Positions 18,041 through 27,599 of a DNA stretch of 64,000 nt are shown here, in pieces (position 1 is the first letter of the stretch; each line of letters starts with the position of its first letter). The notes beneath the pieces were generated by a model. That model searched no databases. It saw only the letters and a program-made list of their open reading frames with translations, and was not told the DNA's origin. This DNA comes from Candidatus Poribacteria bacterium (GTDB lineage Bacteria; Poribacteria; WGA-4E; WGA-3G): positions 14,461 to 78,460 of the forward strand of contig JAJDZB010000023.1 of the NCBI GenBank assembly GCA_022824835.1, written 5' to 3'. Position numbers and translations under genes: made by a program.

Positions 18041-18227
18041 GCCAAAGATGACATATTTTGATAAAGAAGATATTCTACATCTCGTAATTTCTGATGAACT
18101 ACAAAGCGGTAGCATGGAGTTGAGTCATAATATCACTGCTGAATTGAATGATATCGGGCAACTCATCGGTATCAAAATACTTAACGCAAACACTTTCATT
18201 CAGAAGAAGCAAACACCTTTTCCATGA
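18036..18227 (+). CDS. DUF2283-family small protein, second copy
   Basis: MNKPKMTYFDKEDILHL...IGIKILNAN. The ATG overlaps the stop of the upstream nuclease gene. Confidence 0.55.
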   Translation, partial: NKPKMTYFDKEDILHLVISDELQSGSMELSHNITAELNDIGQLIGIKILNANTFIQKKQTPFP

Positions 18228-18300
18228 ACTTTACCAACTGATTTCTCAGAAATGTAAATCAATTACACAAGGATTGGTAATCCGTTAAAAGGAATATTCT

Positions 18301-19143
18301 ATGAATAATCTAAATCCATACAAAGATTTCATTGATCGCTTTAAGTTATTGCTCAGCAAGCATCGTCAACTGATAACTACCACGCTCAGTAATATTTTTA
18401 CGATGAGACTTATTGGAAATAAAACCCATGGTGATTTAGCAGAGATTGCAATTTCTGAATTTATTAACCAGTATATGTATGATTTTCGATCAGTTCACGT
18501 TGGTAAGGACCTGTATCGAGCGAAGTCAAAAGAGGAAGACATAAAAATCATCAATGAAATCACAAAAGATGAATTCCCTGTTAGTCTAAAAGCATACGGA
18601 CTCGGTCCTCTCCAACTCTCCACTGACAAGAATTTTCGCATGTTTCCTAGACTGCAGCAAGAAGGGACAGATATAAAGGAACTAGATACTATTCGTATTC
18701 TTTTTGAAGATACTGCTTTCACAGAATTCAGCTACATCAATGTGTTACCACTAATCTATAATGAAAAGAAAAAATGCTGTAATATACTTGTTTTTGACTG
18801 GGAACGTGCAGTTAATGAAACTTCGCGCATCACTTGGGTAGGGCCAGGAAAGAGAAGAAAACATCCAGTTTATAGGTTTTATAATAATAGTGGTAGTTAT
18901 ATCTGTGAAGTACGTTATGGTGATGCTGAAGCAAATGCATTACAACGAGGTTTGTGGACCCATACAAAGAATGCTGAGAAGTATTTTGACAGCATTACGA
19001 GTGGCTGGATTGACTATTCACATAATTTGCTACTTGTTAAGCTTTTCTCACATGCCCTTGTATCTTCAGAAGATGGTCACAAGTTAGCTCTTGAAAAAAT
19101 AAAGGAAGATATTATGGTTTTAAAACAACAATCGGGAATATAA
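18301..19143 (+). CDS. Putative type II restriction endonuclease, cognate to the adjacent methyltransferase
   Basis: 280 aa with no motif I recognise. The call rests on context: it ends 3 bp before a D12-class Dam-like methyltransferase, and its size matches DpnII/MboI-type restriction endonucleases (R genes). Confidence 0.35.
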   Translation: MNNLNPYKDFIDRFKLLLSKHRQLITTTLSNIFTMRLIGNKTHGDLAEIAISEFINQYMYDFRSVHVGKDLYRAKSKEEDIKIINEITKDEFPVSLKAYGLGPLQLSTDKNFRMFPRLQQEGTDIKELDTIRILFEDTAFTEFSYINVLPLIYNEKKKCCNILVFDWERAVNETSRITWVGPGKRRKHPVYRFYNNSGSYICEVRYGDAEANALQRGLWTHTKNAEKYFDSITSGWIDYSHNLLLVKLFSHALVSSEDGHKLALEKIKEDIMVLKQQSGI

Positions 19144-19145
19144 AC

Positions 19146-20297
19146 ATGATGCAAATGCAGACACTTTTTGATGATTGTGTAACGGAAATTCCTCTCACAC
19201 AAAGCATAAAATACACTGGTTCCAAACTAAAACTCATTCCACAAATACTTGAACTCACCAGAAAAGTTGATGCAAAGACAATATTAGATGGTTTCTCAGG
19301 TACAACCCGTGTCTCACAAGCATTTGCAAAACTTGGCTATAACGTGATATGTAACGACATCTCCGCGTGGTCAAACGTACTTGGCACTTGCTACCTTCTT
19401 AATACAAAATCGAGATCTGAATACCAACCTCTAATTGACCATCTAAACGCACTTCCTCCAATTGATGGATGGTTCACAAAACACTATGGCGGAGACACTA
19501 ACGGCGGTTCAGCAATCCAAACAGATGGACTGAAAAAACCGTGGCAAAGACATAATACCCGCAAATTAGATGCTGTCCGACAAGAAATTGAAAATCTGAA
19601 ACTTGATAGTGTTGAAAAAGCCGTAGCACTCACAAGCTTAATTCTGGCATTGGATCGCGTTGACAGTACACTCGGTCATTTTTCCGCTTACCTTAAAGAT
19701 TGGTCCCCGCGTTCCTACAAAGAGCTTGTACTTGAAGTGCCAATGGTATTTAGGTCAGAAGGTCATCATGAAATCTATCAATCCGACATTTTTGAACTCG
19801 TTCCACAAGTATCAGTAGACCTTGCCTATTTTGATCCACCCTACGGTTCAAACAACGAAAAGATGCCACCCTCACGTGTAAGATACGCGGCATACTACCA
19901 TATCTGGAAAAGTATTATCCTTTATGATAAACCGCAACTCTTCGGTAAAGCAAAACGTCGTAAGGATTCCTCCGATCAATCCTCCGCATCTGTCTTTGAG
20001 GAATTTCGTAGAAATGCAGATGGACGTTTCATCGCAGTTGAAGCAATCGAAAAGCTAATTAAGATGACACAAGCACGTTGGATTCTTCTGTCATACAGTT
20101 CCGGTGGACGTGCCACTGCTGAGGAACTAAACACAGTCATGCAATCAAACGGTAAACTCCTTGCTATTACTGAGATAAATTACAAGCGAAATGTTATGGG
20201 AAATATGAAATGGTCAAATGAATGGACACCTTCCACTACAAAACCAAATCAAGAATACCTTTTTCTACTTAAAAAGAAATGTAGCACATTCTGTTAG
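19146..20297 (+). CDS. D12-class N6-adenine DNA methyltransferase (Dam/DpnM-like) with a C-terminal extension
   Basis: N-terminal KYTGSK, the SAM-binding region LDGFSGTTRVSQ and the catalytic DPPY (AYFDPPYGSNN). The last codons, CSTFC*, are encoded by a copy of the dispersed GTAGCACATTCTGTTAGATTG repeat. Confidence 0.75.
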   Translation: MMQMQTLFDDCVTEIPLTQSIKYTGSKLKLIPQILELTRKVDAKTILDGFSGTTRVSQAFAKLGYNVICNDISAWSNVLGTCYLLNTKSRSEYQPLIDHLNALPPIDGWFTKHYGGDTNGGSAIQTDGLKKPWQRHNTRKLDAVRQEIENLKLDSVEKAVALTSLILALDRVDSTLGHFSAYLKDWSPRSYKELVLEVPMVFRSEGHHEIYQSDIFELVPQVSVDLAYFDPPYGSNNEKMPPSRVRYAAYYHIWKSIILYDKPQLFGKAKRRKDSSDQSSASVFEEFRRNADGRFIAVEAIEKLIKMTQARWILLSYSSGGRATAEELNTVMQSNGKLLAITEINYKRNVMGNMKWSNEWTPSTTKPNQEYLFLLKKKCSTFC

Positions 20298-20470
20298 ATT
20301 GCGCTTCTTTATTCCTCTTATCCTGAAAATCCTGGTCCAGATTGTGCTTCTTTAAATCTCTTATCCTGGTCAAAATCCTATAATCCTGAAAATCCTGGTC
20401 CAGATTGTGCTTCTTTGTAGCCTATCAAAGTCATATAATGATCCTGAAAACCCTTCCATGTCCTCCACGT
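20298..20470. repeat. ATCCTG-rich low-complexity repeat tract
   Basis: Units such as CTCTTATCCTGGTCAAAATCCTATAATCCTGAAAATCCTGGTCCAGATTGTGCTTCTTT repeat. The same family recurs at 22946-23130 and 32440-32530. Confidence 0.8.
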
Positions 20471-20626
20471 AATCTGAGATTCAGACAAATAGAGTGACAA
20501 AATATTTACACATACATATTTCGAAAAAAGTTGACAGATGCCAAAAATGACTGTAGAATAGAGTACAATTTAATACAATTCGCTTACAAGCAAAAACGTT
20601 TGCTGCAGAAAGAGGACAATTAACCG

Positions 20627-21769
20627 ATGAATAATAGGTTGTTTCCAATTCTCATAGTACTATTTACGGTATTCACTTTTACATCCAACAGTATTACCCA
20701 AGACCTACAGGATGATCCACAACAAGATGATTCCTATGATGGTGTGAAAGTCCACCCAGAGAAAATCCTTCCCAAGGATGTCCTCGTCTATGATATAGCG
20801 TTTTCCCCTGATGGCAATCATCTTGCAGTGGTGGGAGACTTCGGTATTCTGCTCTACGATACTCGGATAGTTGATAAACCTATCAAAGTAGCAGGGAATA
20901 TAGGCTCAGTGATTAGGATAGCGTTTACTCCCGATGGAAAGGTAATAGCATGTGTTGATTTCCATGGCAGAATTCGTCTTTTGGACGCCAACACGGAAGA
21001 ACTTTTACGAACAATCAATGCACAAATCCGCAAAGAGGATAAGAAACCATTGATAATCGGTGTTGCATGTAGTCCTGACAGTAACACGATTATAAGTAGG
21101 CAGAATGGACTTAACTCTTTTGGACTAGTGGACAATACCATCCGTATGTGGGACATAGATACCGGTAAACTTTTGCGCACATTATCTGGACATTCGCAAC
21201 ATGTCAACGACATGGCGTTTAGTCCGGATAATAAAATAATCGCTACAGGAAGTTATGACCAAACCGTCCGTCTGTGGGATGCTGATACAGGCAAACTTCT
21301 ACACATACTATCCGAGCATACGGATCGAGTCAAAAGCGTGGCGTTTAGTCCGGATGGTAGGGTAATTGTAAGTGGAAGTGGAAGTTTTGACAGAACTCTC
21401 CGTCTGTGGGATGTGAACACGGGATATCTTCTTCATTCACTGACAACTGATAGATCATCGTTCACCTATAGTGTAGCGTATAGTCCGGATGGCAGGACTA
21501 TCGCAAGTTATGACGGATTTGAAATTGTCCTATGGGATGTGAAAACAGGACAGATACTACAGAAATTCAGAGAACGGTATAATGTTACGAGTGGCTGGAA
21601 GATTGTATTCAGTCCAGATGGCAAGACTATCGCATCTTGGGGATACAATGAAGTCAATCTATGGAATGTGAATCCAGGCAGACACCTAAGAACACTCATT
21701 TCAGGCAAACATTACGAACCTTCTGATGTGATACGTTCACTAAACGTAATTGAATCAAAAAGTAATTGA
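20627..21769 (+). CDS. Secreted WD40-repeat beta-propeller protein
   Basis: Signal peptide, then about seven WD40 units (AFSPDG...WD). Confidence 0.75.
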   Translation: MNNRLFPILIVLFTVFTFTSNSITQDLQDDPQQDDSYDGVKVHPEKILPKDVLVYDIAFSPDGNHLAVVGDFGILLYDTRIVDKPIKVAGNIGSVIRIAFTPDGKVIACVDFHGRIRLLDANTEELLRTINAQIRKEDKKPLIIGVACSPDSNTIISRQNGLNSFGLVDNTIRMWDIDTGKLLRTLSGHSQHVNDMAFSPDNKIIATGSYDQTVRLWDADTGKLLHILSEHTDRVKSVAFSPDGRVIVSGSGSFDRTLRLWDVNTGYLLHSLTTDRSSFTYSVAYSPDGRTIASYDGFEIVLWDVKTGQILQKFRERYNVTSGWKIVFSPDGKTIASWGYNEVNLWNVNPGRHLRTLISGKHYEPSDVIRSLNVIESKSN

Positions 21770-21802
21770 AGAGACTCTTAATCCAAAATAAAAGGAAAAA
21801 CC

Positions 21803-22945
21803 GTGAAATTTGTCAACACCTTTCTGTTCACTACACTATTTCTTATTACAGTCGTGCAATTCGGTTGTGTATCACTTAATCTAACACACCGTGCAGAGAG
21901 ATTAGTTAATGAAAAGGATTACAGTGGTGCCATAGAAGTCTACCAAAGCATAGTTGAGAGTCACCCCGGCACTGTTAATGCGCGCAAAGCACAACTCGCT
22001 ATCGGTAAACTCTACACTGAGCACCTGAATCAACCTGAAAAAGGGATTGATGCTTATGAAGCGATTATTGCTGAAGCACCCACCAGTGACGAATCTGCGG
22101 AGGCACGGTATCGTATCGGAACCCACACCTATCACAACGAAAAATACGACACAGCACAGCTCTATTTTGAAATAATCGTTAACCAATTTTCACATCTAAA
22201 ATTGAGCCACAACGCACAACTCCTGTTAGCGAAAAGTTATGAAGCAGGAGAAAAATTTGAACAAGCTGTAGAAACCTATGAGAACCTTATGACCCGTTAC
22301 CCGTATAGCAAACGCACACCACAAATACTGACTAATAAAGCACGTATACAACGAGAACACCTTAACGATAATGAAGAAGCGATACGAACATTGGAATTAT
22401 TAGTCAGGAAATACAATAAAAATGAGGATGCTGAATCGTACGTGAATGAAGCCAAGAAAACATTGATTGAATTCAACCGCTCTCCCTTTGGGTTTGGTCC
22501 ATATCCTGAAATTCCTTCTGATTTTCCTTTTCGCGAAGGTATTCTGGGGTGGGATAGTCCCACCCCAGAACATGAATTGGCATATAGAGTTCATATTAAG
22601 TTGTGGGAACAGGGTACACAGTTGACAAGTGTTTCGATTAGTGGTAATGGTCTCATTTATCCCTATATGCCTGGGGTAATTTATGTAGAATGGACTACCC
22701 TTCCAGACGATGACCCAGAATTCCCAGGTCAAAGGTATGCCTCACATATATCGGGTCACCCCGAAACAGCTAAAAAGTGGCAATCTTTATACCTTGTCAA
22801 CCGAAGTTATGAACGCACAGGCATAACACCTAATGAAATTGAGGAATCCGGTATAAAGGTTCATGTTTACCCAGATGGCACAAAAGTCTATCCGTTCCCA
22901 GATGCAGGAATTGACCCTTATGAATTCCTCGGTTTAACAAAGTAA
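21803..22945 (+). CDS. Secreted TPR-repeat protein
   Basis: Signal peptide. An N-terminal TPR-like helical region is followed by a C-terminal domain of unknown function. Confidence 0.5.
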   Translation: MKFVNTFLFTTLFLITVVQFGCVSLNLTHRAERLVNEKDYSGAIEVYQSIVESHPGTVNARKAQLAIGKLYTEHLNQPEKGIDAYEAIIAEAPTSDESAEARYRIGTHTYHNEKYDTAQLYFEIIVNQFSHLKLSHNAQLLLAKSYEAGEKFEQAVETYENLMTRYPYSKRTPQILTNKARIQREHLNDNEEAIRTLELLVRKYNKNEDAESYVNEAKKTLIEFNRSPFGFGPYPEIPSDFPFREGILGWDSPTPEHELAYRVHIKLWEQGTQLTSVSISGNGLIYPYMPGVIYVEWTTLPDDDPEFPGQRYASHISGHPETAKKWQSLYLVNRSYERTGITPNEIEESGIKVHVYPDGTKVYPFPDAGIDPYEFLGLTK

Positions 22946-23130
22946 AAAGATTGTGCTTCATTATACCTCTTATCCTGGTCAAAATCCTATAATCTTGTAA
23001 ATCCTGGTTCAGATTGTGCTTCTTTATCCCTCTTATCCTAGTATAATCCTGTAATCCTGAAAATCCTGGTCCCTCTTATCCTGGTCAAAATCCTATAATC
23101 CTGAAAATCCTGATTCAGATACAGTTGTTG
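22946..23130. repeat. ATCCTG-rich low-complexity repeat tract, second locus
   Basis: GATTGTGCTTC...CTCTTATCCTGGTCAAAATCCTATAATCCTG units. Confidence 0.8.
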
Positions 23131-23189
23131 TTTCAAATCCAAAAATGTTATAATTGTTCAGACAAATTACACAATAGGAGTGAAATACA

Positions 23190-23921
23190 TTGAAGCCAAG
23201 AATTGCAATTACATGTAAGAGAAGCAGTGATATGACAAACTACATAAATACTGTTAAAGAGTATGGCGGAGAACCTATCGTACTTCAATCTCTACAAATT
23301 CCAGCTCACCAACACAACGCATTGATTCCTGAATTCTTGAAGGATAATGACGGAATCCTACTAACAGGCGGTGGAGACATTGATCCAACGCATTACTATG
23401 AAGAGAGACATTCTGCAACTCATGTGAGCAGATCACGTGATGCTTTAGAGTTACGATTGTGTCAAACAGCTCTGGAAACAGACATTCCCGTATTCGGTAT
23501 ATGCCGCGGCATCCAAGTGATGAGTGTCGCCATGTGGGGAAACCTATATCAAGATATAGACACCGATCATCCGAAACCCGTGCTCAGACATCCAAAGGAT
23601 AATGATGGGGATTCTCAACATCAAATCAAGATTAAATCAGGTAGTTTGTTAAATGAAATTATTGGTAAGAATGTAGACGAAGTGAATTCAGCACACCATC
23701 AAGCAGTTAAAGATGTAGGTAAAGATTTTGTTATAACTGCACGTTCATCTGATAAGGTTATTGAAGCGATAGAAGACCCATCAAAAGACTTTGTACTCGG
23801 TGTACAATATCACCCAGAACGGATGACTGCCACAGACGATTTTCTTGAACACAGAAGTAAACTCTTTAGTGCATTCATTGAAAGTGCTAAAAACTGGCAA
23901 TCAAAGAAAAACGGTTTGTAA
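23190..23921 (+). CDS. Class I glutamine amidotransferase-like hydrolase (peptidase C26 / gamma-glutamyl hydrolase family)
   Basis: TTG start after AGGAG. Catalytic GICRGIQ, plus conserved HH...QYHPE. Confidence 0.65.
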   Translation: MKPRIAITCKRSSDMTNYINTVKEYGGEPIVLQSLQIPAHQHNALIPEFLKDNDGILLTGGGDIDPTHYYEERHSATHVSRSRDALELRLCQTALETDIPVFGICRGIQVMSVAMWGNLYQDIDTDHPKPVLRHPKDNDGDSQHQIKIKSGSLLNEIIGKNVDEVNSAHHQAVKDVGKDFVITARSSDKVIEAIEDPSKDFVLGVQYHPERMTATDDFLEHRSKLFSAFIESAKNWQSKKNGL

Positions 23922-24819
23922 GTCCTAAATCACCGTAAGGCACAAGTGCATAGTCAATCTGGAAACGTCGCAAGGTCAGTCCAAATCCTGCTCTTAATCC
24001 CGACATTGCACCTAAACCATTACCACGGAATGTATATAGGTAACCAGACCGAAGTTGCAGAATATTCAAGATTGTATATCCGAGACCTACACCGAAGGAA
24101 TTGTGATTATCTGTAGGACGAATGAAATCCATTGTAATCAGAAATGACTCACGCCATAATCTATAGGCTGCACCGATTCTCAATGTAAACGGTAGCAGAA
24201 ATGCTTCTTCAACATACTTGATTCGCGGTCCAATGTGTTGTGCATTGATTCCAAATGAGAGAGGTAAATCAGGCACAGTATACATCCCACCGAAATCAAA
24301 TGCAAATCCACTACCGTTTTCATCTGCGATCTGTTCACGTAAGAGTTTCGCATTCACACCGACTGCTAAAGAATCTCCAAAACCGCGTGCATAAGAGAGC
24401 ACCATCGCTAAGTCGTATGCGTTGAATAATTCTGTTTCATTTCCTTCTGGGTCTCGTCCCTGCATTTCACCATAAGACTGATAATTGACGCTGACACCCA
24501 CACTGTTTTTCTCTCCTAATGGAAACGCAACACCGATATGTTCATAGTTGATGTCAGCGAATCGTTCGTTGTGCATGAGTGCCAGTTGCGGTTTCTGTAG
24601 CTTAACGAGACCTGCAGGATTCCAATACGAAGCATACAAGTCATCAACAGCTGCGACCTGCGACTCACCCATGCCTATGGCTTTTGCGCCGATGCCAATC
24701 TTGAGGAAAGTCATAGCACGGGTGCCAGCGTTTTCGTGAATATCAGAGTTATCGGCAGCATCTGATAAGGTTGGTAGAATACAAACTAAGATAAACAGTA
24801 GCGTGAAAATGTATTTCAT
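23887..24819 (-). CDS. PorV/PorQ-family outer-membrane beta-barrel protein
   Basis: Start trimmed to the ATG at 24817-24819 (MKYIFTLL), preceded by AGAGAGGA. Signal peptide. GAKAIGMGESQVAAVDD..YWNPAGL is typical of this family. The product ends in an aromatic residue. Confidence 0.55.
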   Translation of the reverse strand: MKYIFTLLFILVCILPTLSDAADNSDIHENAGTRAMTFLKIGIGAKAIGMGESQVAAVDDLYASYWNPAGLVKLQKPQLALMHNERFADINYEHIGVAFPLGEKNSVGVSVNYQSYGEMQGRDPEGNETELFNAYDLAMVLSYARGFGDSLAVGVNAKLLREQIADENGSGFAFDFGGMYTVPDLPLSFGINAQHIGPRIKYVEEAFLLPFTLRIGAAYRLWRESFLITMDFIRPTDNHNSFGVGLGYTILNILQLRSGYLYTFRGNGLGAMSGLRAGFGLTLRRFQIDYALVPYGDLGLTNRFSLIASF

Positions 24820-24896
24820 TAATCCTCTCTTATTTCGGTTGTTAGTGAGGGTTCTTCCACTCTTCCATTCTTCCACTCTTCCACTCCTCCAATCTT

Positions 24897-26474
24897 CTAA
24901 CTCGTCTCTGATTCTCCATATCCCCCGCCCCCTGGCGTTCTAATCTCAATAATATCACCTTCCTGAATAGCCATAGTCGCTTTTGCTGAAATAGGTTGTT
25001 CCTTATCATCTCTTATGAGGACATTCGAACCTGACTGACCATTTGCACCCCCTTGTAATCCATAAGGACTGAAAACACGCCGTTCAGAGAGTATGGTTAC
25101 TTCAGCATCAGTTAAGAGTCGTAAGGAACGGACTATCCCGTCCCCTCCTTTAAATTTCCCTTCGCCTCCAGTTCCCTGTCGAATAGCGTATTGTTCTACT
25201 TGCATCGGGTAGCTTGTTTCAATTGCCTCAATAGGCGTATTCATAGTGTTCGTCATGTGTGTGTGTATAGCGTGTATCCCATCACAGGTTGGTCTTGCTC
25301 CCATTCCTCCAGCGATAGTTTCGTAATAGGTAAAATCACGATCCCTTTCACTGTCATATCCACCGATAGTGATATTACTCATGGAACCCGAACTTGCAGC
25401 TGGAATTTGTTCGGGACAAGCTTTTGCCAAAGCACCAAATAATACATCAACAATCCGCTGTGATGTCTCAACATTTCCTCCCGCCACAGCAGCAGGAAAA
25501 TTCGCATTGATAACTGTACCCTTCGGTGCGATAACTTGGATAGGTTCAAGACATCCAGCATTTGAAGGCACATCTTCACCAGCAATACATCGGAATGTGT
25601 AGAAGACAGCAGATACTGTAATGGCGTATATAGCGTTTACAGAACCCCGAACCTGTGCAGAAGTTCCCGTAAAATCTACAACCGCCGTCTCACCTTTGAT
25701 TTCAATTGCCACACAGATTTTGATAGGCGTATCTGTAATACCGTCGTTATCCATATAGTCAGAAAATTCATATTTCCCATCAGGTATATTTCGCAAAAAA
25801 GCACGAACCATCCGACTCGCATAAGCACAGAGTTCTTGCATATATGAATTAATCTCTTCTATACTGTATTTTTGCGTAATCTCCTGTAATCGTCTTTCAC
25901 CTATACGGTTCGCGGCGAGTTGCGCCTCAATATCTCCTTGTCTCTCTATCGGTGTCCGTACGTTCGCGAGAATCAACTGCAATACATCTTCGTTTATTTC
26001 ACCCGCTTGTAATAACTTAACTGGCGGTATGCGGATACCCTCCTGTATCACACTTGTCGCAAGTGGCATTGAACCGGGAGTCATGCCCCCAACATCAGCG
26101 TGATGCGCGCGGTTAGCAACATAGAAGTCCGGTTCACCATTAGAAGTGTCGCTAAACACGGGTGTGACCAATGTAATATCAGGTAGGTGTGTTCCGCCAC
26201 GAAATGGATCATTCAAAACAACGACATCTCCTTGAGCCATCTGGATGTTTTCAATTGCTGCTAACACAGAGAGCGGCATTGATCCGAGATGTACAGGAAT
26301 GTGTGCAGCTTGTGCAACCATACCACCATTCGCATCAAAGACAGCACAAGAAAAATCCAGTCGCTCTTTGATGTTCGGTGAAAATGCAGTCCTCTGCAGC
26401 GTAACACCCATCTCTTCAGCAACTGAGGTGAGTATGTTTTTATAGAGTTCTAATTTTATCGGATCAAATTTCAT
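24897..26474 (-). CDS. Hydantoinase B / oxoprolinase-family protein (HyuB-like)
   Basis: 525 aa with family-typical segments (DFSCAVFD, GGGGYG C-terminus). No HyuA partner is present in the window. Confidence 0.7.
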   Translation of the reverse strand: MKFDPIKLELYKNILTSVAEEMGVTLQRTAFSPNIKERLDFSCAVFDANGGMVAQAAHIPVHLGSMPLSVLAAIENIQMAQGDVVVLNDPFRGGTHLPDITLVTPVFSDTSNGEPDFYVANRAHHADVGGMTPGSMPLATSVIQEGIRIPPVKLLQAGEINEDVLQLILANVRTPIERQGDIEAQLAANRIGERRLQEITQKYSIEEINSYMQELCAYASRMVRAFLRNIPDGKYEFSDYMDNDGITDTPIKICVAIEIKGETAVVDFTGTSAQVRGSVNAIYAITVSAVFYTFRCIAGEDVPSNAGCLEPIQVIAPKGTVINANFPAAVAGGNVETSQRIVDVLFGALAKACPEQIPAASSGSMSNITIGGYDSERDRDFTYYETIAGGMGARPTCDGIHAIHTHMTNTMNTPIEAIETSYPMQVEQYAIRQGTGGEGKFKGGDGIVRSLRLLTDAEVTILSERRVFSPYGLQGGANGQSGSNVLIRDDKEQPISAKATMAIQEGDIIEIRTPGGGGYGESETS

Positions 26475-26608
26475 AAGTCGTAAATACTCTAAAATGTATG
26501 CAAATATGTCTCATGATACATCTACAATGATTTTCACTAAAAAGTCTGTTGCATTTTAACACTTTCTCTTGTAATATACAAGAAAAACCGACTAAAATCA
26601 GGTGAAAG

Positions 26609-27568
26609 ATGAAAAAAATTGATATAGCACTAATCGGTGCAGGGGGTATGGCAAATAGCGTCCATTATCCCTCCCTAACTGAGTGCAAGGATGTTAATAT
26701 CGTAGGTTTATGCGACTTAGTAGAAACCAAATTAAATGCCACTGCTGAAAGGTTTGAGATTGAAAATACATTCACAGACTATAAACAGATGCTTGAGAAA
26801 ACAAGTCCTGATGCTGTCTATATCCTTATGCCGCCTCAACACCTATTTCCATTGGCAATTCACTGTTTAAATCAGAAACACCATGTTTTTATTGAGAAAC
26901 CACCAGGGATAACACTGCATCAGACAAGGGAAATGGCTTTAGCATCCGAAAAAAATGATTGCAAGACCATGGTTGGTTTCAATCGTCGCTTCATCCCGCT
27001 TATGCAACACGTCAAGAATATAGTTGAAAAACACGGTCCGATTATTCAATGTTTGTCTGCATTCCACAAAAATTCACCGAATGCTCTCTACTATGATGGT
27101 ATCATAGACGTACTAACTTGTGACGCCATACATGCAGTTGACACGTTGCGATGGCTTGGTGGTGGAGAGGTGAAATCTGTTGCAAGCGATATAAACAGTT
27201 TCAACTCTGAACGCGAGAATAGTTTCAATGCACTCGTGAAATTCAAAAATGGTGCTTCAGGAATACTATGCACAAATTGGGCAGTTGGTGGACGTATCCA
27301 TGTTTTTGAGATGCATGCCCACGGGGTTTCAGCTTATGTCAATCCAGATGCAGGCGGAAAAGCAATAATCCACACATCTGAAGGCATATCCGAAATCACA
27401 ACAGAAGAGGCAGCAAACTCTCACGAGACATACAAAACCTACGGTTTCTATGGAGAAACGCGACACTTTGTAGACTGTATTCAGAATGATCAGAAACCCC
27501 TGACGTGTTTTGCTGATGCAGTAAAAACAATGGAATTGATTCAAGCAATATATCAGAATAGATTATAG
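26609..27568 (+). CDS. Gfo/Idh/MocA-family NAD(P)-dependent oxidoreductase
   Basis: The N-terminal Rossmann segment is IALIGAGGMA. EKP in the central region is typical of the family. Confidence 0.7.
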   Translation: MKKIDIALIGAGGMANSVHYPSLTECKDVNIVGLCDLVETKLNATAERFEIENTFTDYKQMLEKTSPDAVYILMPPQHLFPLAIHCLNQKHHVFIEKPPGITLHQTREMALASEKNDCKTMVGFNRRFIPLMQHVKNIVEKHGPIIQCLSAFHKNSPNALYYDGIIDVLTCDAIHAVDTLRWLGGGEVKSVASDINSFNSERENSFNALVKFKNGASGILCTNWAVGGRIHVFEMHAHGVSAYVNPDAGGKAIIHTSEGISEITTEEAANSHETYKTYGFYGETRHFVDCIQNDQKPLTCFADAVKTMELIQAIYQNRL

Positions 27569-27599
27569 GTGGATATGAGACAGAAAGGGTGGGGTGTGT

